From the NCBI GenBank assembly GCA_016196825.1, contig JACPWY010000019.1, positions 22,644 through 86,643 of the forward strand: a stretch of 64,000 nt of DNA. The letters run 5' to 3'. Shown in pieces: positions 8,872 to 18,380 of the stretch (position 1 is the stretch's first letter; each line of letters starts with the position of its first letter). The notes beneath the pieces were generated by a model. The model saw only the letters and a list, made by a program, of their open reading frames with translations, was not told where the DNA came from and did no database searches. The position numbers and the translations under genes were made by a program. This stretch comes from Deltaproteobacteria bacterium (GTDB lineage: Bacteria > Bdellovibrionota > FAC87 > UBA2466).

Positions 8872-10632
8872 TCAAAAGGCTAGGAGCTCGGTTCTCCAGA
8901 TCGAGGCCCAAGCAAGATCGGCGCGGGCGTAGTGCTCGCAGAGCTCTTTTCGTGCCTCCTGCACAATGGTTTGGCTCCACCACGCTGTTGCATCGGAGCC
9001 GATGCGATTGAGCTGGTGGGCCGCTGCCTCCGGGGTAGTCCAAAGAACGCCAGCCTGAATCAATTTTTCAAAAACCGCTTCGGCCTCGGGTTGGAATAGA
9101 AATGTGCCGGGGCGCCAGTAGAGGAGCGTGGGTGCGTTGGCGGCGAATGCCTCGAGGATCGTCGTGGCCGGATGGTTCACAATGATGAGGCCGGCCGAGC
9201 GCAGGTGATGGGAAAACGTGGGCGCGGAATCGAAAGGGATGGCGAGGCGCTGCCAGTGCTCGCTCAGGTTCCAACCGAAATCGGGATTCAATGAGACCCG
9301 GACGATCATTTTTTGGCGGACCTTGTCATCGAGAGCCTCCACGAACCGAGCTTCATCGTCGTAGACCCTTTCCCATTGTGGGCCAGCGGGGTGGCTCTGG
9401 AAGCGCAGAAGCACACGCGGGTGGATCGTAGAAACATGGACGATAGGCCTTGAAGCGGGGGCGCCCTTTTTCCGCTGTCCGATCTTGAGCGCGGCCGAGA
9501 GTTTGAAGGAGGGCATCGGGCGCACGTCGGCTCTGGGCCAAAGCCCCTTCGAAACGCCCCAACTGTAGAAACGATCGGTACACTTTTGTTCGTGTGTCTC
9601 CAGACAATTGAAAGCGAGAACTCCATAGTAGCCGCCGTGCTGGAGCGAGCAGAGGTGGGCGCCGCGATTGGCGGCGGCCTCGGCCGCGAGAATCTTGAAC
9701 ATCTCATCACCGCACCAGCTGGTGCCCGAGACGATGGTGCGGGCCTTGAGAGGTCGATTCTTGGCACATTTTCTCCACTCCTCGAAGTTTTCCACGTAGA
9801 GCGTCGGGATCTCCCTCTCTATCAGGCTGGCAAGAATACTTTCGAAGCGATCTTGGCTGGACCAACCACGAAAGAGCTCGCCGCGCAGCGTGGGGTCCTT
9901 CTGCGCCTTGCCGACGGAGACAGGCGGCAGCCTTTCACTGTAGACTACACCGAGACCCTGCTTCAGGAACTCACAAGAGGCCGCGCGTGGCATCGCTCCG
10001 CCAACTATGATCGCCTCGGCTCTTCGAAGAAATACCAACCAAACTTGTGCCTCAAACGATCGCAAAGTGTTCTTCCACGAGAACGTCTTTGGGAGGGTGT
10101 GGAGCCTGCTTTGCCGTTTGATCTGAGCCCCTAGCTTTTCCGCGAGTAGGGTCGAGATCTGGAGATTGTAATGGTCCGAAAGAAGATGATCGAGGGAGGT
10201 GGTTGAAAAGTCGGGCAGGAGAAGAAAGTCCTTTTCCGCTAGGCCGATGCACTTCACGGAGGAATTATTCTGAAAGATAGGTTCGAGTGCCCGGTACCGA
10301 TCGTAAAGAGCCTCGGTGAAATAGAGTAGCCATGGGCCGATGAGAATACGCCAGTAGCGCTCGTTTCGATCGAGCCCGTGAAGCGCGTTGAGCCGAGGTG
10401 TCAGCTCCCTGAGGACGCGATCGACGAGCACCTCTGTATAGCGGGCCGCCGCTCGAAATTGCTCCGGATCATCCCACGGGTAGGGGGAGATCGAAACGCG
10501 GCCGGAACGCAAAAGCTCTTCGTAATGGGGCAGTGGCTTTCGCGGCAAACACCACCGGCCGGGCGCGGTCACCGGGCCTTCGCGGGGCCAAAAATTGGGA
10601 TCATCGCAAAGGACGAGCTGAATCTCTTTCAC
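8872..10632 (-). CDS. hypothetical protein of glycan locus (586 aa); possibly a large O-antigen-cluster transferase
   Basis: GTG start overlaps the upstream gene stop (GTGA). No motif I can name with confidence. Size and context resemble the 'LIC12162-type' putative transferases of O-antigen loci, but that is speculation. Confidence 0.35.
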   Translation of the reverse strand: MKEIQLVLCDDPNFWPREGPVTAPGRWCLPRKPLPHYEELLRSGRVSISPYPWDDPEQFRAAARYTEVLVDRVLRELTPRLNALHGLDRNERYWRILIGPWLLYFTEALYDRYRALEPIFQNNSSVKCIGLAEKDFLLLPDFSTTSLDHLLSDHYNLQISTLLAEKLGAQIKRQSRLHTLPKTFSWKNTLRSFEAQVWLVFLRRAEAIIVGGAMPRAASCEFLKQGLGVVYSERLPPVSVGKAQKDPTLRGELFRGWSSQDRFESILASLIEREIPTLYVENFEEWRKCAKNRPLKARTIVSGTSWCGDEMFKILAAEAAANRGAHLCSLQHGGYYGVLAFNCLETHEQKCTDRFYSWGVSKGLWPRADVRPMPSFKLSAALKIGQRKKGAPASRPIVHVSTIHPRVLLRFQSHPAGPQWERVYDDEARFVEALDDKVRQKMIVRVSLNPDFGWNLSEHWQRLAIPFDSAPTFSHHLRSAGLIIVNHPATTILEAFAANAPTLLYWRPGTFLFQPEAEAVFEKLIQAGVLWTTPEAAAHQLNRIGSDATAWWSQTIVQEARKELCEHYARADLAWASIWRTELLAF

Positions 10633-12398
10633 AGCGAGTGGTCTTCGGCGACCTGGATGAACTCCGCCGCCTTGGCACCGATCCCGAGAGCTTCGCCCAT
10701 GGGGCCGAGGCGGGCGAGATCGGAGCCGGTGTCGATGTCGAACCTCAAATCTTCACGCGCCAACGCATCGGGGGCTGGGAAGGTGGCGATCTCAAATTCG
10801 TGCGCATGATCCCAAAGGTAGCTCGTCACGTGTTCGCGGTGGGCTGGGCAAGTGGCCACCCGATCGATCTCGCCCAGAATCTGAGCAGAGAGGACCTCGG
10901 CTCCAAACCCATCGGCATAGCCATTCCCCAACCGGCTCACGTGATTGAACGCGTAGTCGGGGCGCTGGTGGAGGAAATGTGTCACCACGCGATCGATCTC
11001 TTCGGGCTCGATGAATGGGTTATCAGCGCAAACTCTCACGACGATATCGGCGCCGCCCACCTGCGCGGCCAGGACAAAACGCGAAAGGACATCGTTTTCA
11101 TCGCCCCGAACAGTCTGAATTCCCAACTCAGTTGCGACGGTCTCGAGGGCGTCGTTGCGCGGGTCGCTCGAGGACGCAAGAATGACTTGGTTCACGAGTT
11201 TCGACCGCTGAACTCGTTCGAGAACCCAGGAGATCAGCGGGCGGTCGCCGATCTTGGCCATCATTTTCCCCGGGAAGCGAGTGGAACCCATGCGAGCCTG
11301 AACCACCGCCACAACCTTGTCTTTCCAGGGGGAGAGGTCGAGATCCTTCCACTGAAGAACATGGTCTTCAGTGAGGTCAGTGGTCACTCGAGTGCCCAAG
11401 ATTCTATCCCAGTGAAGAGGGCTCACGCCGAGGCCGGGCCTTTTGTATGTGATATCGAGCTCGCTGAGGGGCTGTCCCTTCTTGACACTTTTTGCGAGGA
11501 CGATGCTCCGGCGAGCGTTTTTGCGGGAAACCTCTTCCGAAGGGAGTGGGGCCTTTTCACGGCTGCCCAAAAGCACTTGAATCCGCCGGGCGTTTCTGAC
11601 GAACACAGCGCAATCACACGAATCCATGGCATGGTAGTGGTCATTCCCCGGAAGGGATTTGTCGTTTGTGAAGTGCTTTTCGATAATTCGGGCCCCCATC
11701 GAGTAGGCCGCTGTGAGCGTGGTCATCGTCGAATCGGGGAGAGAATGGTCAGAGTAGCCCACGATCAAATTGGGGTAGCGCTCCATCAGAGACGGAATCA
11801 TGTTGAGGTGAACATGCGGATCGGGCGTGGGGTAGTTCAGCACGCAGTGGAGCAACGCAATTTCGCGGCACCCCGCCTCTGTGAGGGTCCGGATCGCCTC
11901 ATCCACCTCACCGAGTCGGCTGGCACCGGTCGAGAGCACTATGGGTTTCCCGAAGCGAGCCACTCGACGGAGAAGCGGGGTCGTCGTGAGATCTGCCGAG
12001 GCGACTTTAAAAAACGGCATCAGCGGTGCGAGCAGATCCACTGCTTCGTCATCAAATGGGGTCGAAAGAAAATCGATTCCGACCTGTTCGCAGTGTTTGG
12101 CCAGAAGGCGGTATTCTTCGGGGCCAAACGCATCGAGTTTGCTGAAGAGATCAAATTGATTGGTGGTGGGCTCTTTCGAGAGGTCCCAATAGGATGGGCT
12201 GTGTTTCGAGGCGAGCTTGCCCGCTTTGTAGGTCTGGAATTTTGCAGCGTCGGCTCCGCCCTCTTGGGCCAGCTCGATGAGCTTTTTGGCGCGCTCGAGG
12301 GATCCTTCGTGGTTCACACCGATTTCGGCGATGACGTAGGGCAAGGAGTTTTCCGAAAGGTCGCAGGAGCCAAGTCGAATCTGTCGCATATCAAACAC
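10629..12398 (-). CDS. bifunctional nonulosonic-acid synthase (NeuB/PseI/LegI-like, N-terminal) fused to acylneuraminate cytidylyltransferase-like domain (C-terminal)
   Basis: N-terminus LPYVIAEIGVNHEGSLERAKKLIELAQEGGADAAKFQTY is the NeuB-family signature, followed by a SAF domain. From about aa 350, KVVAVVQARMGSTRFPGKMMAKIGDRPLISWVLERV is the CMP-sugar synthetase (CTP_transf_3) signature. Confidence 0.75.
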   Translation of the reverse strand: MFDMRQIRLGSCDLSENSLPYVIAEIGVNHEGSLERAKKLIELAQEGGADAAKFQTYKAGKLASKHSPSYWDLSKEPTTNQFDLFSKLDAFGPEEYRLLAKHCEQVGIDFLSTPFDDEAVDLLAPLMPFFKVASADLTTTPLLRRVARFGKPIVLSTGASRLGEVDEAIRTLTEAGCREIALLHCVLNYPTPDPHVHLNMIPSLMERYPNLIVGYSDHSLPDSTMTTLTAAYSMGARIIEKHFTNDKSLPGNDHYHAMDSCDCAVFVRNARRIQVLLGSREKAPLPSEEVSRKNARRSIVLAKSVKKGQPLSELDITYKRPGLGVSPLHWDRILGTRVTTDLTEDHVLQWKDLDLSPWKDKVVAVVQARMGSTRFPGKMMAKIGDRPLISWVLERVQRSKLVNQVILASSSDPRNDALETVATELGIQTVRGDENDVLSRFVLAAQVGGADIVVRVCADNPFIEPEEIDRVVTHFLHQRPDYAFNHVSRLGNGYADGFGAEVLSAQILGEIDRVATCPAHREHVTSYLWDHAHEFEIATFPAPDALAREDLRFDIDTGSDLARLGPMGEALGIGAKAAEFIQVAEDHSL

Positions 12399-13599
12399 CC
12401 CGTCGGGATCGAAATTGATCTAGGATCCCTTTGAGGCTCGAGATCAGGTAGCCCTCTTGCTCTTCCGTCATCCAGTGCTGGAAGGGGAGCGAGATCATAT
12501 TGTCGAAGATAGAATTGGCGTTGGGGCACTGGGCCGCTCCAAATCCGGCCTTTTGGAAAAGCGGATAGCGATTGAGCGGGCAGTACCGCACGTCGGAGCG
12601 AATGCCGTACTCAAACACCAACATATCCATGAATTCGTTTCGAGAGCGGCCCAGCGCTTGGGGATCCACGATCATCGGCAGGAGATGGTAGCTGTGGCCG
12701 CAGTCGTCGGGCTGCTTCTGGAAGCGCACCTCCGGGTAATCCTTGAGAGCTGATCGGACCCTCTCGGCGCGGGCGGCGCGATCGGCGTTCATGGATGCCA
12801 CTCGATCGATCAAGGCCGATCCCAGGCCACATTGAATCTCTCCGAGACAGAAATTGTAGGGCCAGAATCCTTCGAAATCGAAATCGATATTGGACATCGC
12901 GGGGACCCAGTAGCGTTCGCGGGCCCCTTCGAACGGGCGCATGCCATTGTGCCGAAGGCCGGGTACAAGCTTGGCCTTCTCCGCATCGCGCACCGTGAGG
13001 ACTCCCCCCTCACCGAGGGTGCTGATGTTTTTGTGGGTGTGGAGACTGTAGCAACCGAAGTCGCCCAACGTTCCCGAAGGGCGTCCTTTGTAGGCGGCGC
13101 CGATCGATTGGGCGGCGTCTTCGACGACCAGGAGATTGTGTTTCCTGGCAAGCAGAAGAATCGGATCCATGTCGGAGACAAGGCCGTAGAGGTGAACCAC
13201 CACGATAGCGCGTGTTTTGGGCGTGATGAGGGGTTCGAGAGTGGCGGCGGTGGCGAGAAAGGTGTCGCGATCGGAGTCGGCCCAGACCAGCTTGGCGCCA
13301 GTGCGCCCGAAGGGAATGGCGGAGGCGGCAAAGGTGTGGACCGGAAGAATGACCTCATCGCCGGGCTTCAGGCGGCACAGAATGGCCGAAAGTTCGAGCG
13401 CGGCCGTTCCTGTGGCAACGGCAAAGGCGTGTTCGGCGTTGAACACGCGGCAAAACTTTTTCTCAAACTCATCCTGGTGGCGCCCCTGGGTCATCGGGTC
13501 CGCCTGTCGCATCAGATCGGCGACGAGGCGCACCTCTTCATCCGTGTATTGGTGTCCTCGGCCACTCAAAGGAACTCGATAGGTCGGTGGCGAGGTCAC
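12391..13599 (-). CDS. DegT/DnrJ/EryC1/StrS family PLP-dependent sugar aminotransferase
   Basis: …[25 protein letters not shown]… is typical of the family. It overlaps both neighbours by 4-8 bp, indicating an operon. Confidence 0.8.
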   Translation of the reverse strand: MTSPPTYRVPLSGRGHQYTDEEVRLVADLMRQADPMTQGRHQDEFEKKFCRVFNAEHAFAVATGTAALELSAILCRLKPGDEVILPVHTFAASAIPFGRTGAKLVWADSDRDTFLATAATLEPLITPKTRAIVVVHLYGLVSDMDPILLLARKHNLLVVEDAAQSIGAAYKGRPSGTLGDFGCYSLHTHKNISTLGEGGVLTVRDAEKAKLVPGLRHNGMRPFEGARERYWVPAMSNIDFDFEGFWPYNFCLGEIQCGLGSALIDRVASMNADRAARAERVRSALKDYPEVRFQKQPDDCGHSYHLLPMIVDPQALGRSRNEFMDMLVFEYGIRSDVRYCPLNRYPLFQKAGFGAAQCPNANSIFDNMISLPFQHWMTEEQEGYLISSLKGILDQFRSRRGV

Positions 13600-14264
13600 A
13601 ATGAGATCTCCCCGTGTTTAGCCTCAAGCTTTTTTTGGTAGTGGGCCAATTGAGCTAGGTCGTTAGTCATATTTTCTGAGTGTCGACGATAGCGATACAG
13701 AGGAAGCTCGAGCCTGTGGATCTTGTATTTTTGTTCGAAGCGCAGGCGGAGATCCTTGTCTTCATGGTAGAGGAAATTATCGTCGTAAAGGCCGATTTCG
13801 AGCAGGTGTTCAATTCGGAACATGATCCCGCACCCAAGCGGATCCTGCATGCAGTTCTTGCGGGCGATGACGTCTTCGCGGTCGTCGACGAGAAGATAGT
13901 CGCACGCGATAGCATCCATGTAGGGGTTCATTTTCAGAAAAAGGGCCAGAAGCCGGATGTATTCGGCCGAAACGTAGTCATCGGCGTCGAGTCTAACGAC
14001 GAATTGGCCCCGGGCGGCCTTAATGCCGATGTTGAGTGATTTGGGAAGCCCCTGTTGTTCGTTGTTCCGGATCACGAGGACATCTTCGCCAAAGAGCTCC
14101 AGCGCGTACTGCGTGCGATCGGAGCTCGCATCGTCAATGACAATGATCTCAAAGTCCTGGGGAGCGAGCGTCTGCCCGAGAAGCGAACGAATGCAGCGCC
14201 CGATATAGCGCTCTTCGTTGCGGGCGGGGACGATGATCGAGACTTCGGGATTGTGTTTGCGCAT
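13596..14264 (-). CDS. glycosyltransferase family 2
   Basis: [25 protein letters not shown]…[14 protein letters not shown] is a GT-A DxD region. The ATG at 14264 ([12 protein letters not shown]) is preferred over the longer ORF, which would overlap the upstream gene by 145 bp. Confidence 0.7.
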   Translation of the reverse strand: MRKHNPEVSIIVPARNEERYIGRCIRSLLGQTLAPQDFEIIVIDDASSDRTQYALELFGEDVLVIRNNEQQGLPKSLNIGIKAARGQFVVRLDADDYVSAEYIRLLALFLKMNPYMDAIACDYLLVDDREDVIARKNCMQDPLGCGIMFRIEHLLEIGLYDDNFLYHEDKDLRLRFEQKYKIHRLELPLYRYRRHSENMTNDLAQLAHYQKKLEAKHGEISL

Positions 14265-14266
14265 CG

Positions 14267-15376
14267 TTAGATCCGTTGGAACAGCTCCCGGACTTTGCGG
14301 AGGGTGAGAGTGTCTTTGTAGTGCACCCCCAAAGCATTGGTCAGGGGCCGTTCGTGAATCACCGTCGACTGATAGAGCCGCTCCATCTGCCCGTCGGACA
14401 ACCCTCGGCAAACATCACTGGGAAGGGTGATTCCCTGCGCCTTTAACATCTTTTTGAAGTGGGCGGTCTCGCGGGGGTAGTAGTCCTGCATTTGGTTCAT
14501 GACGAGGCAGTTGGCGAGGCAATGGTGAATCCCGAGCACGACACTGAGGCCGGCCGAGAATGGGTGGACCACTCCAACGTAGCTATTCGCGATAGCGCAC
14601 CCACCGAGATAGGAGGCGACCATCAGCTTTTCGCGGTTGGCGAGCGCCATCATTTCGTTCGAATCGAAAACTTCCGAGACCAAGCGCAACGCCTCGTGGG
14701 AAAAGGCATCCCCTACGGGGTGCCGATAACTCCCCGCGAGGGATTCGATGCAATGGATGTAGGTGTCCATCCCTGTGTAGAAATACTGCTCTTTTGGCAC
14801 CGACTCGGTGAGGTCGGGATCGAGGATGAGTTGGTCATAGAGCGTAAATTCGCTGTTCATCCCGAGCTTCAGGTTTTTCTTCTCGTTCATGAGAACGCAG
14901 GTGCGTGAGGCCTCGGCCCCCGTCCCAGAAACGGTGGGGATCCCAATCTTGTAGAGGGCCGGTTTTTTGACGAGGTCCCAACCCTGGAAGTCTTCCGCCT
15001 TTCCTCCGTTGGTGAGGAGATTGGCGACCGCCTTGGCGACGTCGAGAGTGATTCCTCCGCCCATTCCGACGACGCAGCAGGGGGCTTTCGCCGAATGTTT
15101 GCGAACGTTTGCGGTCATGTGGTCCGCGAGATCGGTGGTGGGTTCGAGGGCGGTCTCAACGAAAACGAGAAGATCCTGAGGGCGGACCGGGAACGCCAAG
15201 GAACCTAACCTTCCTCGGAAAAAGGCGTCTACGAAAAAGACCACAAAATCGTCAGCCGTGGTTCGGCGGGCGGCCAGCAGAGTCTCAAGCCCCCGAACAG
15301 CCCCGCGGCCAAAGGCGTAGCGGGCGATGTTTTTTGAGTTGGTAAATGTCTCCACCTTCGCCGCAAAGGTAATCAA
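14267..15376 (-). CDS. iron-containing alcohol dehydrogenase / dehydroquinate-synthase-like oxidoreductase
   Basis: [20 protein letters not shown] matches the GGGSxxDxAK motif of Fe-ADH/DHQS-like enzymes. First gene of the minus-strand glycan operon. Confidence 0.65.
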   Translation of the reverse strand: MITFAAKVETFTNSKNIARYAFGRGAVRGLETLLAARRTTADDFVVFFVDAFFRGRLGSLAFPVRPQDLLVFVETALEPTTDLADHMTANVRKHSAKAPCCVVGMGGGITLDVAKAVANLLTNGGKAEDFQGWDLVKKPALYKIGIPTVSGTGAEASRTCVLMNEKKNLKLGMNSEFTLYDQLILDPDLTESVPKEQYFYTGMDTYIHCIESLAGSYRHPVGDAFSHEALRLVSEVFDSNEMMALANREKLMVASYLGGCAIANSYVGVVHPFSAGLSVVLGIHHCLANCLVMNQMQDYYPRETAHFKKMLKAQGITLPSDVCRGLSDGQMERLYQSTVIHERPLTNALGVHYKDTLTLRKVRELFQRI

Positions 15377-15435
15377 TCAGATTAGCCTTGTCACCCCATT
15401 TGCCCTGATTTACCCTGCAGCCGCAGAGGTTTCCC

Positions 15436-16323
15436 TTGGACGAAAAAATGAAATTTGCGGTCGATTTTGCGGTGGTGCCCCGGCTTGTGAAGGCCCACTT
15501 TCTGACGCTGAGTTTGATATTGGCGGCGGGAATGGTGCTATGCGTTATCGCCATCAGGCGCCAGCCGAATCTCTCTGCGTACCGATCGGTCATCCAGTTG
15601 GGAACCGTCTGGGAAGAAGACTCCACGGAGCTTCTGGAGCCGATTGGCATGTCGGCGTTGCGGGTCAATCAGCACTACATCAGTCCGATACTGGAGGAAT
15701 ACCGACGCACTCATCCTGACGACAAAGAGACGACGATGGCGGTCTATATCTTTGCGGGTGCCCAAAGCCTCGAGATCACCGGCACTGCGCGCGAAGGGGC
15801 TGAGGCCGACTACATTCGGATGAATGGGGAGGTCTTTAAGCGTCTTGCCAACGACCAGGAGCGATTGGCAGCGGAGCACCAACTTCCTCTGAAGCGAAGC
15901 CTTTCGGTGGTCGAGAATCGACTTGAGGCGCTCAAGGTGCGTCAGGCGATGATTTTGAAAAGTCAGGCGAACGTGAACGACGAACTACCGAAATTGGCCA
16001 AAGGGTTCAACGACAAAAACGTGACCGGGCAGCTTTTCCTCCTTCTCCTGCAATCGCAGCTCGACGCCCACTCGAAGGAGCTTTTGGAAAATACGCAGCA
16101 GCAACACTCGCTTTCCGGGGAGCGCGATAAGTTGAGCTATGAGATCGCCAGCGTGCGTGAGCCCAGTGTATTCTTGGCCCCGACGAAACAGACGACCGTT
16201 CGCCGAGCCTCGATGGGGATTCGCCTGTCGGTGGGGCTTCTTCTCAGCGCTTTGGCTGCGGCTCTTGCGATTGTCGTGATGGAGCGAGTCAGGCCTCGTG
16301 TTCTGATTCCGACCTCTGCGTAA
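15436..16323 (+). CDS. polysaccharide chain-length determinant (Wzz/PCP-like) protein
   Basis: N-terminal TM (LTLSLILAAGMVLCVIAI), a long hydrophilic coiled-coil-like middle, and a C-terminal TM (LSVGLLLSALAAALAIVV) give PCP topology. TTG start at 15436; an alternative ATG is at 15448. Confidence 0.5.
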   Translation: MDEKMKFAVDFAVVPRLVKAHFLTLSLILAAGMVLCVIAIRRQPNLSAYRSVIQLGTVWEEDSTELLEPIGMSALRVNQHYISPILEEYRRTHPDDKETTMAVYIFAGAQSLEITGTAREGAEADYIRMNGEVFKRLANDQERLAAEHQLPLKRSLSVVENRLEALKVRQAMILKSQANVNDELPKLAKGFNDKNVTGQLFLLLLQSQLDAHSKELLENTQQQHSLSGERDKLSYEIASVREPSVFLAPTKQTTVRRASMGIRLSVGLLLSALAAALAIVVMERVRPRVLIPTSA

Positions 16324-16468
16324 CGACGCTGGCAAACCTGGCAAAAGAAAACCAGTAAGGTTGTATTTCAGACCACATCTACGGAAAATCACCACCTATC
16401 ACGGGAAATCCTCAAGTGAATATCTATCTGGGTGAACTATCGCTCACCGACATTCGTTAAGCGACGAA

Positions 16469-16822
16469 CTAAATAGTGATCACCGGGCCCGTTCTCTTCT
16501 TCACGCGCCACTGATCCTCCCAATGAAGATAACTATGGTGATTGGAACAAAGCGTGGTCAGATTCTCTAGGACATCCTGTCCACCGAGGTACACCGGTAG
16601 GATGTGGTGAATGTGGAGGAAGCGCCGCTCCTCGCATCTGGTGCCATCCGAGTGAACGTGAGTGCACTGGTGCTTGTCTCTAAGGACGACGTCATAACGC
16701 AGTTGCCAGCGGATAGAGTTGCGTTTGTACGGAGTCAGCGGTCGGGTGGGTGGCGCAACAGTAGCCACTGGCCGCTCAGGCGCTGAAGCCTGGGCTTTTT
16801 TCTTTCTGGCGGCACTTCTCAT
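16469..16822 (-). CDS. HNH endonuclease domain protein (stand-alone, 117 aa)
   Basis: CTHVHSDGTRCEERRFLHIHHILPVYLGGQDVLENLTTLCSNHHSYLH has the HNH Cys/His pattern and the H-N-H triad. Confidence 0.6.
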   Translation of the reverse strand: MRSAARKKKAQASAPERPVATVAPPTRPLTPYKRNSIRWQLRYDVVLRDKHQCTHVHSDGTRCEERRFLHIHHILPVYLGGQDVLENLTTLCSNHHSYLHWEDQWRVKKRTGPVITI

Positions 16823-16885
16823 TGCCCGGGCAATGGACTGCGCGTCAGCATTCTACAAATGTGCGAAGGTCAAGAAACTTGGCGC

Positions 16886-18380
16886 TCATACCGGATCGGA
16901 CGTTCTTACGCTGCAAGATGGTGTGAAGCTGCATTCGCGCGACGGGCCGAGGGGGCGTGTGGGGAACGAGAGGAAAAAGGTGCTTCCCTTTCCGAGTCGG
17001 GAATCTACCCAAATTGTACCGCCGTGATTTTCCATCACCTTTTTGCAGCTGGCTAGCCCGATACCGGTGCCCGGAAATTGAGATTGGCTGTGTCCGCGCT
17101 GGAATATTTCAAAGACCTTTTTGGTGTCCGCTTCGTCAATGCCGATTCCATTGTCTGAAAATGAAATCACAAAGTGATCTCCCTCGGTCGAGGCGGCAAT
17201 GTGGATCTTGGGCTTTCTGCGCGAGTATTTAAGGGCGTTGTCGACGATATTCATGAAGAGACGCCGCAGTTGAACCTCGCTCCCAACTACCTCCGGCAGA
17301 AGATCGAAGGAGATGTCGGCTCTCTTCTCGGTGATTTCGGGGGCCAGAATGGCGAGCACGTCGCGCGCCACTTTGACGAGCGAGATGACCTTCATCTCGG
17401 GCTTTGAGTAGGACACAGATGAGTATTCGAGGAGGTCTTCAACAACTTCCTGCATCCGCTTCGATTCCGAAAGGATGGTTCCCAGGTACTCCTGGCCGCG
17501 ATCGTCTAGTCGATCGCCGTACTCCCGGGCGAGGAGAGCCGCGTAATGGTTAGCGGTGCGGGCGGGTGCTTTCATATCATGTGAAGCGATCGAGGTGAAA
17601 TGTTGAAGTTGCTCATTGGAATCCGAAAGGCTCTGGGCCCGATCAGAGAGGACGGTTTCGAAGGCCTTTTGGGCGGTGATGTCGGAATAGATGTGGAGAC
17701 GAATGTCCAGGCTGGTGGAGGTGTCTTGGATTTTGCGGGATTCTCCCTTAAGCCAAACTATTCGCCCCCGGGGAAGGACAACCCGAAATTCCTGAGCCGC
17801 ATTGCCCCCTTCCCAAGTCCCTGGCTCGAGGAGGTCTTCTAATTTCCTGTCTTTCAGCTCAGTCGACGATGGCCGCTGAAAAAGACGGGCCATGGCATCG
17901 TTGGCTCGCAAAATGCGATCCTCAGTATCCACCTCCACCATGGCGACCGGCGCGAGGTCGAAGAGGGAGCGAAAATTTTTCTCGCTTTCCTCGAGTCGTT
18001 TTTCAAGGCGATAGGCATTCAGGGCGATCTCTATCGTTGTTTTTATGGAATGGTCCCGGTAGGGCTTCATCAAATAGCCAAAGGGGTGCGTCTTTTTGGC
18101 CTTTTCAATAGTTTGATCGTCAGAAAAGGCCGTGACAAAAATCACGGGGATATCGAAACGGTCGTGAATGATCTGAGCGGCGGCCGTCCCATCGGGCATT
18201 CCCCGCAGCTGGATATCCATCAAAACGAGATCGGGCCTTTCTTTTTCCGCCGTCGCGATGGCCTCTTCCGCCGTGAAGGCTATTCCAGCGCTCCGATACC
18301 CCAACTCCAATAGTTTTTCTTCGAGGTTCATGGCCGCGAGGCTTTCGTCCTCCACGATGAGAATTCTCTCATTGGACATG
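16886..18380 (-). CDS. hybrid response regulator / sensor histidine kinase (REC-PAS-HisKA-HATPase_c)
   Basis: ATG at 18380 gives MSNERILIVEDESLAAMNL…DLVLMDIQLRG (REC domain). C-terminal H-box FTSIASHDMKAP and G-boxes DNGIGI / GTGIGL follow. It starts 9 bp after the upstream kinase gene. Confidence 0.75.

Noticed and set aside
10533-12434. 633-aa ORF on the plus strand
   Set aside because: It lies exactly antisense to the NeuB/cytidylyltransferase gene, which has clear family motifs. Long shadow ORFs are expected at this GC content, and it has no recognisable motifs.
12832-13641. 269-aa plus-strand ORF antisense to the DegT aminotransferase
   Set aside because: Shadow ORF. The DegT frame has canonical motifs.
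13596-14411. Long form of the GT2 gene starting at 14411
   Set aside because: It would overlap the upstream Fe-ADH gene by 145 bp on the same strand. An internal ATG at 14264 lies 3 bp after the ADH stop and just before the GT2 N-terminal motif.
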